Assembly (NCBI GenBank): GCA_021732605.1
Contig: JAKFUS010000003.1
Coordinates: forward strand, 51,476 to 115,475
DNA: 64,000 nt
From: Betaproteobacteria bacterium
GTDB lineage: Bacteria; Pseudomonadota; Gammaproteobacteria; Burkholderiales; SG8-41
Direction of reading: 5' to 3'
In this document: one piece after another, positions 8,970-17,355 of the stretch
How positions within the stretch are numbered: position 1 is the stretch's first letter
Layout of the letters: each line of letters opens with the position of its first letter
Made by a program: the position numbers and the translations under genes
Notes under the pieces: model-generated
Database searches by the model: none
The model's input: only the letters and a program-made list of their open reading frames with translations
What the model was told of the DNA's origin: nothing

Positions 8970-9956
8970 TTACTGCGCCTGCAACCCGGCTTCATTAATC
9001 ACTTTGGCCCACTTGCTCATCTGCTTGCGGAAAAAAGCGGTGAATTCGGCCGGTGTATCCCCGACCGCATCCGCGCCTTGCTGGCGCAATTGCTCGCGCG
9101 TATCGGCTGCAGTGATGATGCGCGCCATCTCAGCATTGAGTTTGTTCATCACGGCTTTCGGCACGCCGGCAGGAACTGCCACGCCATAAAACGACACCGC
9201 CTCGAATCCCGGCAGTGTCTCGGCGATCGCCGGCACATCGGGCAGCGCCGGTGCGCGCTTCAGAGAACTGATGCCGATGGCGCGCAACTTGCCCGATTTG
9301 ACGTGCGGCAGTGTCGGCAGGATGGTGCCGAACATGCACGACACACGCCCGCCAAGGATGTCGAGTGTCGCCGGGTTGGCGCCCTTGTACGGCACATGGG
9401 TCATTTTCACCCCGCCCATGTTGGCCAGCAGTTCGCCGGAGAGGTGTGTCGTCGAGCCTGCGCCGCCTGAAGCGTAAATAATCTCGCCCGGTCTGGCTTT
9501 GGCCAGTGTCAGCAAAGCCGCGACATTATTCGCCGCCACGGCGGGGTGCACAACGAGAATATTCGGTGACAGCGCAAGATTGATCAGCGGCACCAGATCT
9601 TTCGCGGTGTCGAAGGGCAGTTTTTTCTGCAGTACAGAATTGACTGCAGTACTGAGCGAGATCATCAGCATGGTGTGGCCGTCAGCGGGCGAGCGTACAG
9701 CAAGCTCGGTGCCGATCACGGTGCCTGCGCCGGGACGGTTATCAACAACAACCTGCTGCCCCCAGGCCTCCGTCAGTTTCGCGCCGACCATTCGCGCGAG
9801 CTGGTCGTTCGGCCCACTGGGTGTAAACGGCACGATCATGCGCAAGGGACGGCTCGGAAACCCCGCGGCGGAATCCGCTGCGGGTTGCGCTGCGACCGCC
9901 GGGGCGGTCGCAACAGCGAACGCAACGGCGATGAGGCGATGGTGGACTGAGTGCAT
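8970..9956 (-). CDS. Bug/TctC-family substrate-binding protein
   Basis: 328 aa. FPSRPLRMIVPFTPSGPNDQLAR and SFYGVAVPAGVPK match the family pattern. Confidence 0.85.
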   Translation of the reverse strand: MHSVHHRLIAVAFAVATAPAVAAQPAADSAAGFPSRPLRMIVPFTPSGPNDQLARMVGAKLTEAWGQQVVVDNRPGAGTVIGTELAVRSPADGHTMLMISLSTAVNSVLQKKLPFDTAKDLVPLINLALSPNILVVHPAVAANNVAALLTLAKARPGEIIYASGGAGSTTHLSGELLANMGGVKMTHVPYKGANPATLDILGGRVSCMFGTILPTLPHVKSGKLRAIGISSLKRAPALPDVPAIAETLPGFEAVSFYGVAVPAGVPKAVMNKLNAEMARIITAADTREQLRQQGADAVGDTPAEFTAFFRKQMSKWAKVINEAGLQAQ

Positions 9957-10021
9957 GTAATCTCCTGCAATAAAAATATCCGTTATTGCGGCGCTGATAC
10001 GGATTTAATTGTGATGAACGA

Positions 10022-10579
10022 TCATCCCGTTACGCCCTCAATGTGAAATGGCTGGCCGTTGACTTCGATATGGCTGTGCAAGGGCACCGGCTGCACAATG
10101 AGGCCTTCGGCAAAACAGCCCGCCTTGGCATTTTTTATCAGGTGCGCGAGTTTTTCCGCGGGCTCATCGCTGTTGAGCTTGAGAAAAGTATCGACGCTTT
10201 CCCAACGGTTGAACACCGTGCCCTTGAGCACGGAACCACCGAGGTGTTTGCGGAAAACAACACGGCAACTGGCTTCGCTGACTTTCATCTTCATCATGTG
10301 CGCGTACCGCGCAACCTGGGTCAGCAGTCAGAAGCCCACCGCCATCGCCAGGTACGACATCGGCGAGGGATATTTATCGGTGCCACCGAGACGCGGCGCT
10401 TCATCGGTGAATACCTCGAACTTGCCGATACTGCCGCGCTTCAGGTGCATCTCGCCGGCGATGACTTCGGTATAAACGTCATTTTCGTTGCTGATGCCGC
10501 CTGCGGGCAGTTCCGGCTTGTCGATCACGCGATCGCCGATGGTGCTCGGCAGCTTGTTGCCGTCCAGGGGTTTTTCCAT
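10022..10579 (-). CDS. OsmC/Ohr-fold peroxiredoxin-like protein with one in-frame TGA (10330..10328); candidate selenoprotein, otherwise a pseudogene
   Basis: ORFs 10328..10579 and 10022..10297 share a frame (10330-10297=33). The joined sequence reads GGTDKYPSPMSYLAMAVGF-TGA-LLTQVARYAH...NAKAGCFAEGLI. The TGA sits at the first catalytic Cys column of the OsmC/Ohr fold, and the second Cys is retained. GGAGGAG lies upstream of ATG 10579. Confidence 0.6.
10298..10316 (-). other. SECIS-like hairpin 11 nt downstream of the in-frame UGA
   Basis: mRNA is UGA CUGCUGACCCA GGUUGCGCGGUACGCGCAC. Pairs are G16-C33, U18-A32, G19-C31, C20-G30, G21-C29 and C22-G28, with U17 bulged and an apical GGUAC loop. 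Confidence 0.5.
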
Positions 10580-10591
10580 GTTCTCCTCCAG

Positions 10592-11026
10592 TCAGAATTG
10601 AGTTTTTTTGTCGTATACCGTTTTCGGCAGTATGCGATAGGTGGCGCTGGCACGGCATGCGAGTTCACCATCTTCGCCGAACACTTCGGCTTCGGTAAAC
10701 ATGATGCTGCGTCCGCGTTTGGTGACCGTGCCCTTGCAGATGATTTCACCCTTGGCGGGGGCCAGATAATTGAGGTTCATGGTCATGGTCGCAACCCCCA
10801 TTTCCAGGTCGACCAGGGAACGTACCGCCTGCGACATCGCGGCATCAATGATTGCGGCGACCGTGCCGCCGTGGACATCACCGCGGGAATTGCCGAGGTG
10901 CTGCTGGAACTTAAGTCGCACCTGCGAACGACCATCGTCCAGGGCATCAAGCTCGAAACCGAGGTGGATATACAGCGGTACGGTGGAGCGCCACTGCGCG
11001 GTTGCGGACTGGGTGTTGGCGGTCAT
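10592..11026 (-). CDS. PaaI/YigI-type hotdog-fold thioesterase
   Basis: 144 aa. GNSRGDVHGGTVAAIIDAAMSQAV is the PaaI-family core motif. Its stop lies 12 nt before the OsmC-like start. Confidence 0.8.
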   Translation of the reverse strand: MTANTQSATAQWRSTVPLYIHLGFELDALDDGRSQVRLKFQQHLGNSRGDVHGGTVAAIIDAAMSQAVRSLVDLEMGVATMTMNLNYLAPAKGEIICKGTVTKRGRSIMFTEAEVFGEDGELACRASATYRILPKTVYDKKTQF

Positions 11027-11086
11027 GATGTTTGGGTATTACCGATGATCACGCATGTTACACCGGCGCGATCAACCGTTGCTGGC

Positions 11087-11142
11087 CTGACGTTGTGGAC
11101 CTGACGTTGTGGACCTGGCGTTGTGGACCTGACGTTGTGGAC
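11087..11142. repeat. 4 x 14-bp head-to-tail tandem repeat CTGACGTTGTGGAC
   Basis: Copies at 11087-11100, 11101-11114, 11115-11128 (one A-to-G change) and 11129-11142. They lie in the divergent intergenic region between 11026 (-) and 11213 (+). Confidence 0.95.
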
Positions 11143-11212
11143 TTGAGTCCGTTTAATCTGCGGCGCATCATGCAAGCAGATATCAACATGAATAAATACG
11201 GGGAGGAGACCC

Positions 11213-11632
11213 ATGAAAGTCAAACGCATTGAACATGTCGGCATCGTTGTACGCGATGTGGAAGCGAGCCGCAAACTTTGGGAGGGTTGTTTCGGCATCA
11301 AGCTCGGCGGCACCGAAGACAACGCGACCCGGCGGCTGGCACTCTACCCGGTCGGCGATTCGATGGTGGAACTGCTCGCCGGGCTGACGCCGGACAGCAA
11401 GCAGGCGAAGATGATCGCGGAGGGCAAGGGCGGCTTGAACCACATCTGCCTGGAAGTCGAGAGCATCGACGAGGCACTGGCGGAACTGAAAGCCAAGGGC
11501 ATACCGCTTCTCGACCAGGTGCCGCGCATCGGCCATGCCGGCTGCCGCATCGCCTTCCTTGATCCGTCAGCCACGGAGAACTGCCTGATTGAACTGGCGG
11601 AGCTGCCGGCGGGGGGCGCGCACCATTCGTAA
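11213..11632 (+). CDS. VOC-superfamily protein, methylmalonyl-CoA epimerase / glyoxalase-like
   Basis: 139 aa. IEHVGIVVRDVEAS and GLNHICLEV are metal-ligand motifs typical of methylmalonyl-CoA epimerases. GGAGGAG is the RBS. Confidence 0.75.
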   Translation: MKVKRIEHVGIVVRDVEASRKLWEGCFGIKLGGTEDNATRRLALYPVGDSMVELLAGLTPDSKQAKMIAEGKGGLNHICLEVESIDEALAELKAKGIPLLDQVPRIGHAGCRIAFLDPSATENCLIELAELPAGGAHHS

Positions 11633-11649
11633 CCCGGTGCGGGGCAGGA

Positions 11650-11916
11650 CTATTTCTTCAGCGCTTTTTGCAGCAGCTCGGCGACGATTTCATTGACGCC
11701 GGCTTTGCGTTCGGTCGCAAGCGCGTGGATCTGCTTGATCAGTTCGCCATTGAGTTTGACGGCAAACGGCACCAGACCCGCGGCCTGGTCGAGGCGACGC
11801 TGTTCGCGGCGATCGACCGACTTGACGGTGCCACCGGGGTGGCCGTGAGTACCGGCGTTTTTCATCTGGTTCACCAGTTTCATGGCGTTGTACTTTTGCA
11901 GCTCGGCGGGTGTCAT
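11650..11916 (-). CDS. hypothetical 88-aa protein, C-terminal ribbon-helix-helix-like region
   Basis: ATG start and protein-like composition. FAVKLNGELIKQIHALATERKAGVNEIVAELLQKALKK resembles an RHH beta-alpha-alpha unit. No family was recognised with certainty. Confidence 0.5.
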   Translation of the reverse strand: MTPAELQKYNAMKLVNQMKNAGTHGHPGGTVKSVDRREQRRLDQAAGLVPFAVKLNGELIKQIHALATERKAGVNEIVAELLQKALKK

Positions 11917-12007
11917 GGGGGCAGGTTCCGGAAGTTAGCGCAGAAAATAAGCAGAAAAAGATGGCGGCAGGATCAGTCTGCCGCGCGAACGGCGCAGCAC
12001 GGGCAGG

Positions 12008-12424
12008 TTACTGCGCTTGCGGCGGAGCACCGCCGCCGCTATTACCATTACCATTGCCGTTGCCACCATTGCCGGGATTACCACCACCACCGCCACCACC
12101 GCCGCGGCGTTTGCCGGGCCGCTTGTGGAATTTTTTACCGCCGCCACCACCACCCGGGCCGCCCGGACCTTTGTTCTGGCCTTGCGGACGGCCACCACCA
12201 CCAGGTTGCTGCATGCGGCTGGCGCCGCCGGTGTTCTGGCGCTGATGGATCGAACGCGATTGAGGTTCGGGTGCGCCGGGACGGTTGCCCGAAGCGAGTG
12301 CGATTTCGAGCTCGTTGAGCTCGTCCCACTCGGCGTCGGTACGGTTGCGATCCGGGATCGCCAGCAGTTCCTGCAGACGTGCCCGCGGTGAGGGGGATGA
12401 GGATGGGGGTTGCGAATCGTTCAT
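12008..12424 (-). CDS. hypothetical protein with an extreme Gly/Asn/Arg/Lys-rich low-complexity C-terminal half
   Basis: 138 aa from ATG 12424 (MNDSQPPSSS..). The N-terminal approx. 55 aa are ordered-looking (RARLQELLAIPDRNRTDAEWDELNELEIALASG). The rest is GGGRPQGQNKGPGGPGGGGGGKKFHKRPGKRRGGGGGGGGNPGNGGNGNGNGNSGGG. Confidence 0.55.
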   Translation of the reverse strand: MNDSQPPSSSPSPRARLQELLAIPDRNRTDAEWDELNELEIALASGNRPGAPEPQSRSIHQRQNTGGASRMQQPGGGGRPQGQNKGPGGPGGGGGGKKFHKRPGKRRGGGGGGGGNPGNGGNGNGNGNSGGGAPPQAQ

Positions 12425-12530
12425 GCCAGTATTATCGCACTGTACGGGACATCCTTTCCACGAAAACAACGGCTTAGCCTGACCCGTCGGGAAGCCCCGT
12501 CCGGCGCCCCCTGTGGTTGCTCCGTAAAGC

Positions 12531-13757
12531 TCAGACCAGGGCCTGCAGCACGAGGGTGTGCAGCAGTTGGCGGTGGTAATAACGGATGGCGCCCGGAGCA
12601 TGGGCCATGAATACCGTCACCAGTTCTTCGGCGGGATCCACCCAAAAATAAGTGCCGGTGGAACCGGCCCAGTGAAACTCTCCGGCCGAACTCGGCATGC
12701 CACCGCGTCCGGCGCTGCGCCGCACGGCTACGCCCAGGCCAAAACCGTAGCCGCGGATGTTGGGATAGTCGTTGAGCTTCGACAAATCGACTTCAGGGCC
12801 GAGGTGATCACCAGTCATGTACTCGACGGTCTTGCGCGACAACACACGCGCGCCGTCCAGTTCACCGCCGTTCAGCAACATTTGTGCAAACCGCAGGTAA
12901 TCGGCCGCGGTCGATATCGCGCAACCGCCGCCGCAATCGAATTTATGCGGTGTGGTGCCGTCGCGCAGCGTCTGCGGCTGCTGCGTCACCGGATCCACCG
13001 CCAGCGCCTTCGCATAACGCGAAACGGCCGCAGCCGGCACGGTGAACGCGGTGTCGCGCATCTGCAGCGGCCGAAACAGTTTTTCGTCCAGATATTTCGC
13101 CAGCGGCATGCCGGTCACGGCTTCGATGACCAGGCCCAGCACATCGAGGCCCAGGCTGTATTCCCACATCGAACCGGGTTGGTAATGCAACGGCAGCGCG
13201 GCGAGCTGATCCAGAAACTCTTTACCCGTCCATTTTGTCGAGGCCACATCGGAAGAGAACGGGTAACGCGCGTACAAGGCCTTGTCGCCGCGACCGTAAC
13301 TCAAACCGGCGGTGTGGCGCATCAGGTCTTCGATAGTCATCTGGCGGTTGGGTGACATCGTCGGCGAACCGGCGCTGCCGTCGCAATGGGGCGGGTTGAC
13401 CTGCATGCGCGCGAGCTGCGGCAGGTATTTGCCAACCGCTTCATTGATGCCGAGTCGCCCCTCCTCGGCGAGCATCAGCGCACCCACCGTCACCAGCGGT
13501 TTGGTCATGGATGCAATGCTGAACAGTGCATCAACGGGCATAGGCGTGCGCGCCGCCGGATCGAGATAACCGAAGCTTTCGCAATACGTCAGCCGGCCGC
13601 GACGGGCGATCATCAGCACCGCACCCGGCAGCGCATTGCGCGCGATTTCTGCATTCAAGGCGGCGGCAATGCGTGGCAGGCGGTCCGGCGCGAAACCCAG
13701 CGCCTCCACTTCAGCGACCGGCAGCGGCGGGCACTGCAACGTTTCCGGTTTGTTCAT
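12531..13757 (-). CDS. serine hydrolase, beta-lactamase class C / esterase family
   Basis: 408 aa. FSIASMTKP is the S-x-x-K active-site motif. Overall AmpC/EstB-like length. Confidence 0.85.
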   Translation of the reverse strand: MNKPETLQCPPLPVAEVEALGFAPDRLPRIAAALNAEIARNALPGAVLMIARRGRLTYCESFGYLDPAARTPMPVDALFSIASMTKPLVTVGALMLAEEGRLGINEAVGKYLPQLARMQVNPPHCDGSAGSPTMSPNRQMTIEDLMRHTAGLSYGRGDKALYARYPFSSDVASTKWTGKEFLDQLAALPLHYQPGSMWEYSLGLDVLGLVIEAVTGMPLAKYLDEKLFRPLQMRDTAFTVPAAAVSRYAKALAVDPVTQQPQTLRDGTTPHKFDCGGGCAISTAADYLRFAQMLLNGGELDGARVLSRKTVEYMTGDHLGPEVDLSKLNDYPNIRGYGFGLGVAVRRSAGRGGMPSSAGEFHWAGSTGTYFWVDPAEELVTVFMAHAPGAIRYYHRQLLHTLVLQALV

Positions 13758-13769
13758 GGGTTTTTTCTG

Positions 13770-13970
13770 TCAATAATGCGGCGGGATTTCATGCCCGGAG
13801 CCGCCGTCCTCCGCAGGCTGGCTGCGCTGCATTTGCAGGCGCAGTTCGCGCAGCTGTTGCTCGAGCCCGGCGATCTGCTGCTGCTGGCGGGCGACCGTGC
13901 GGTTCAGTTCCTCAAGCAGGTCCTCACTGAAACTCAGCTTGATTTCGATTTCGGCAAGTCGTGTGTCCAT
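13770..13970 (-). CDS. slyX: SlyX-family protein
   Basis: 66 aa coiled coil. MDTRLAEIEIKLSFSEDLLEELNRTVARQQQQIAGLEQQL matches the SlyX pattern. Confidence 0.8.
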   Translation of the reverse strand: MDTRLAEIEIKLSFSEDLLEELNRTVARQQQQIAGLEQQLRELRLQMQRSQPAEDGGSGHEIPPHY

Positions 13971-13985
13971 GGCAGCTCCCCGGCC

Positions 13986-14204
13986 TTATTTCGCCAGCAC
14001 GACTACCTGCACGCCGTGACATTGCACGGTCTGCCCGGCGCGGATTTTTGCGGTCTTGCGGCTTTCCGGCTGGCCATCGACGGTGACTTCGCCGTCAGCG
14101 ACCAGGTGTTTGCCCTGCCCGCCGCTTTCAGCAATACCGGCGAGTTTCAGCAAATCGCAGAGGCGGACATGTTCGTCCTTCAGTTGAAATTGGCGGATTT
14201 CCAC
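13986..14204 (-). CDS. S4-domain RNA-binding protein (YbcJ-like)
   Basis: Only the last 72 codons of ORF 13986..14993 are protein-like. VEIRQFQLKDEHVRLCDLLKLAGIAESGGQGKHLVADGEVTVDGQPESRKTAKIRAGQTV resembles E. coli YbcJ. GTG start at 14204. Confidence 0.7.
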   Translation of the reverse strand: MEIRQFQLKDEHVRLCDLLKLAGIAESGGQGKHLVADGEVTVDGQPESRKTAKIRAGQTVQCHGVQVVVLAK

Positions 14205-14375
14205 GGGGTTCCTGACTGTTGATGCGGAAACATGATACTGGAACCGCAATGCGCAGGAACCATATGCCGGCACGGCGTTCAATATGATATAGCCTTGGTC
14301 GTCGAGGCAAGCGCGCCGATTTTCCCAGTGTATGACCATGTATAGATTCCTTATAAAGTCTTTATAGAGTCCTTT

Positions 14376-15137
14376 ATGCCCGTAACACACATCATCGGAT
14401 TGCTTTTGCTGTTGCAGGTGGCGGGTTGCGCCGTCATCCGCGACGAGCCTGCAGCCACACTGCGGGGCGGCACTGTCGTCGTTGAGCGACTGCCGCCCGC
14501 GCAGGTTCAGCCCGGCGCAGAACAGCCCCGAGGTATCGACACACCGGGCGGTAGCGTAATCATTGAGCGGCTCCCGCCCCTGCCTGAGGTCGTGCCGGAG
14601 GTACCGGTTGCCACAGCGCCTCCGATTTTGCCTGTGCCCCCGATTGCCCCCCCGGCCCCTGCCGCAACCTTGCCAACAGCGCCGCTCCCGCCCGTCGCTG
14701 CTACACCTCCCGAAAGCCCTCCTCCTGTTGCCAATGTTGCTGCGATCGACAAGCCGGCCGCTAAAGCCCCGGTCAAAGTGGCTGCGCCCGTGGTGCGCGA
14801 ACCCCCGCCGCAAAAGCCCGCTGTCGCACCGGCGCGGGCAGCGACACTCGACCTGGACGCGCTCGAGCAGCGTCTGAAGAACACGGATGCCATCGGCGTG
14901 TTCACCAAAATTGCATTGAAAAACCAGGTCGACGATTTGTTGAAGCGATTCAAGGCCCATCACGAAAACGACGGCAAGACGGCGCTCACGCAATTGCGGC
15001 AGAGTTATGATCAGCTGCTGCTGAAGGTGAATGAAGTACTTAAAACCGGCGACCCGTCGCTGGCCGGCGAGATCATGGCTTCACGCGAAGCCATCTGGAG
15101 CGTGCTCTCTGATCCGGTAAAGTTTGCAAAACTCTGA
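14376..15137 (+). CDS. Pro/Ala-rich lipoprotein, function unknown
   Basis: MPVTHIIGLLLLLQVAGC has a lipobox (VAGC). A long P/A-rich linker is followed by a helical C-terminal domain. Confidence 0.6.
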   Translation: MPVTHIIGLLLLLQVAGCAVIRDEPAATLRGGTVVVERLPPAQVQPGAEQPRGIDTPGGSVIIERLPPLPEVVPEVPVATAPPILPVPPIAPPAPAATLPTAPLPPVAATPPESPPPVANVAAIDKPAAKAPVKVAAPVVREPPPQKPAVAPARAATLDLDALEQRLKNTDAIGVFTKIALKNQVDDLLKRFKAHHENDGKTALTQLRQSYDQLLLKVNEVLKTGDPSLAGEIMASREAIWSVLSDPVKFAKL

Positions 15138-15168
15138 CCCTGACTCTGGCTAAAGGAAACCCCACACC

Positions 15169-15423
15169 ATGAATTCCCAAATCGTAATCCGGACTTTGCT
15201 CCTGGCAACAACCTTGTCATGCGCGGCACCGGCCATCGCCGCTGAAAACGACGCGCTCGCCAAGGATCTGACCTCAACGATCTCGCTGCTGGGCTTGCCC
15301 TGCGGCCAGGTGGTGAATGTCGTAACCCAGGCCGACCGCGACTACATCGCCACCTGCAGCGACAAAAATCGCTACCGTATTTACCTCAATCCCCAGGGCA
15401 AGGTCGCTGCCGAAAAACGCTAA
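15169..15423 (+). CDS. small secreted protein (84 aa), function unknown
   Basis: Signal peptide MNSQIVIRTLLLATTLSCAAPAIA. The mature part contains two Cys. Confidence 0.5.
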   Translation: MNSQIVIRTLLLATTLSCAAPAIAAENDALAKDLTSTISLLGLPCGQVVNVVTQADRDYIATCSDKNRYRIYLNPQGKVAAEKR

Positions 15424-15953
15424 GGCCGGTTAACAGGCCCTGCCCGCATTCCGCCGGTGATCGTGTACTGCATGATCACCGTGTCGAGCCGACGCCCGAA
15501 TTTCAGTCCCACATTGCGCAACGTGCCGACATCGCGAAAACCCAGCACGCGATGCAAACCGATCGACGCCGTATTGCTGCTGTCGCCGATGATCGCCACC
15601 AGTTCACGATAACCAGCCGCGGCCGATTGCGCGATGACCTGCGTCAGCAGAGCGCGGCCCGCGCCGAGACCCGTCGCATCCGGGGCCATATACACCGAGT
15701 CTTCCGCAGTATGGCGGTAAGCCGTGCGCGAGCGATAAAGCCCGGCGTAGGCGTAACCGATGACGACGCCGTCATTTTCCGCCACCAGATACGGCAACCC
15801 TGCCGCGAGCACAGTGTCGCGCCGGCGCAGCATCTCGGCCAGATCCGGTGGAATTTCTTCGAACGATGCGGTGCCGTGCAGCACGTGACCGGCATAAATC
15901 GCCTGCACGCACCCCATGTCGCCTGCCTCCGCAGGACGGACGATGATGCTCAT
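15420..15953 (-). CDS. GNAT N-acetyltransferase, phosphinothricin-acetyltransferase-like
   Basis: MSIIVRPAEAGDMGCVQAIYAGHVLHGTASFEEIPP and GLGAGRALL (acetyl-CoA site). Start chosen at ATG 15953. Its stop codon overlaps the stop of the convergent gene 15169..15423. Confidence 0.8.
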   Translation of the reverse strand: MSIIVRPAEAGDMGCVQAIYAGHVLHGTASFEEIPPDLAEMLRRRDTVLAAGLPYLVAENDGVVIGYAYAGLYRSRTAYRHTAEDSVYMAPDATGLGAGRALLTQVIAQSAAAGYRELVAIIGDSSNTASIGLHRVLGFRDVGTLRNVGLKFGRRLDTVIMQYTITGGMRAGPVNRP

Positions 15954-16102
15954 CTGCGCTCCCGGTAACCAAGGCCTGTTGACCATTATTTCATGGCTGT
16001 GACGGAGAGCCACAAAGTCCACACTCCATGCATCGAAATTGACTCGGAGAAGCTCCTTCCTCTACGCTCTGCGGCTCCATAGCTGAACCCACGAGAAACG
16101 CC

Positions 16103-17347
16103 ATGTCGAACACCGCATCCACACTGTCCTCCGCAGACCGCGCTGCACCACACCTGATCAGCGCTGCGGCCCCGCCCTCGTTGCGACTGATGCTCGCGCT
16201 GGAGGATTTCGAGGCGCCCGCGCGGCGTTATATCCCGCGGCCGATTTACGGTTATGTGTCGGGCGGGGTCGAGCGTAATGTGACGCTGAACTGGAACCGC
16301 TCGGTATTCGACGATCTCGCACTGGTACCACGGATGCTGATCAACGTTTCGCAGCGCTCGCAAAAAACGCAACTGTTCGGCCGCAGCTACGATTCGCCGT
16401 TCGGCATTTCGCCAATGGGCGGCACTTCACTCGCCGCGTTCCAGGGCGACCTCGCGCTGGCCACTGCCGCCGCGACCCGCAACATCCCGATGATTCTGAG
16501 CGGCGCATCGCTGACGCCGCTGGAAACCGTACGCCAGGCTGCCCCCAACCACACCTGGTTCCAGGCTTATCTGCCCGGCGAGACACAGGCGATCACCGAA
16601 CTCGTCGAGCGCGTGGCCATAGCCGGTTACGACACGCTGGTGCTGACGGTGGACATTCCCGTGGGCTCGAACCGTGAAAACAATGTGCGCAACGGTTACA
16701 ACGCGCCGCTGCGCCCTAACCTGCGGCTCGCGCTGCAATGCCTGGCGCGGCCGAGCTGGCTCATCGGCACGGCGCTGCGCACTTATTTCACGCAGGGCAT
16801 GCCGCATTTCGAAAACATGGGCAAACGCACACCGCTGGTGTCGAGCACCGCCGTACGCGAACGCGCCAACCGCGACCACCTGAACTGGGAACATGTCGCA
16901 CTGATGCGCCGGCTGTGGAAAGGCAAGCTGGTGATCAAGGGCATCCTCGACAAGCGTGACGCGGTAATCGCGCGCGAACACGGCTGCGACGGCATCATCG
17001 TCTCCAACCACGGCGGGCGCCAGCTCGACTCGGCATCCTCGCCGCTGCGCGTGCTGCCCGGCATTGTTGCTGCGGCCGGTGACATGACGGTGATGATGGA
17101 CAGCGGTATACGCCGCGGCACCGACGCGCTGAAGGCGCTGGCGCTGGGGGCAAAATTCGTGTTTGTCGGCCGGCCAATGCTCTACGCCGCGGCTGTCGCC
17201 GGCGAAACCGGCGTGCGCCACGCCATCCGTCTGCTGCACTATGAAATCGACCGCGACATGGCCATGCTCGGCGCCAACTCAATCAGCGAGATCAGCCGTG
17301 AAATGCTGATGGATGCGCGCGGCTTAGACACTTACGGACTGCGCTGA
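16103..17347 (+). CDS. FMN-dependent alpha-hydroxy-acid dehydrogenase/oxidase (L-lactate / mandelate / glycolate oxidase family)
   Basis: 414 aa. SNHGGRQLD and DSGIRRGTD are family active-site motifs. Confidence 0.85.
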   Translation: MSNTASTLSSADRAAPHLISAAAPPSLRLMLALEDFEAPARRYIPRPIYGYVSGGVERNVTLNWNRSVFDDLALVPRMLINVSQRSQKTQLFGRSYDSPFGISPMGGTSLAAFQGDLALATAAATRNIPMILSGASLTPLETVRQAAPNHTWFQAYLPGETQAITELVERVAIAGYDTLVLTVDIPVGSNRENNVRNGYNAPLRPNLRLALQCLARPSWLIGTALRTYFTQGMPHFENMGKRTPLVSSTAVRERANRDHLNWEHVALMRRLWKGKLVIKGILDKRDAVIAREHGCDGIIVSNHGGRQLDSASSPLRVLPGIVAAAGDMTVMMDSGIRRGTDALKALALGAKFVFVGRPMLYAAAVAGETGVRHAIRLLHYEIDRDMAMLGANSISEISREMLMDARGLDTYGLR

Positions 17348-17355
17348 ACCCGGAA

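Noticed and set aside
12425-12601. N-terminal extension of the Gly-rich protein (track ORF starts at 12601)
   Set aside because: The extension overlaps the 3' end of the serine-hydrolase gene region and has non-protein-like composition. ATG 12424 gives a sensible start.
14205-14993. N-terminal 263 codons of the 335-aa minus-strand ORF 13986..14993
   Set aside because: Only the last 72 codons look like a real S4/YbcJ-like protein. The upstream part is Arg/Cys/Gly-rich. It overlaps a plausible plus-strand lipoprotein gene (14376..15137) that has a lipobox and a well-formed C-terminal domain.
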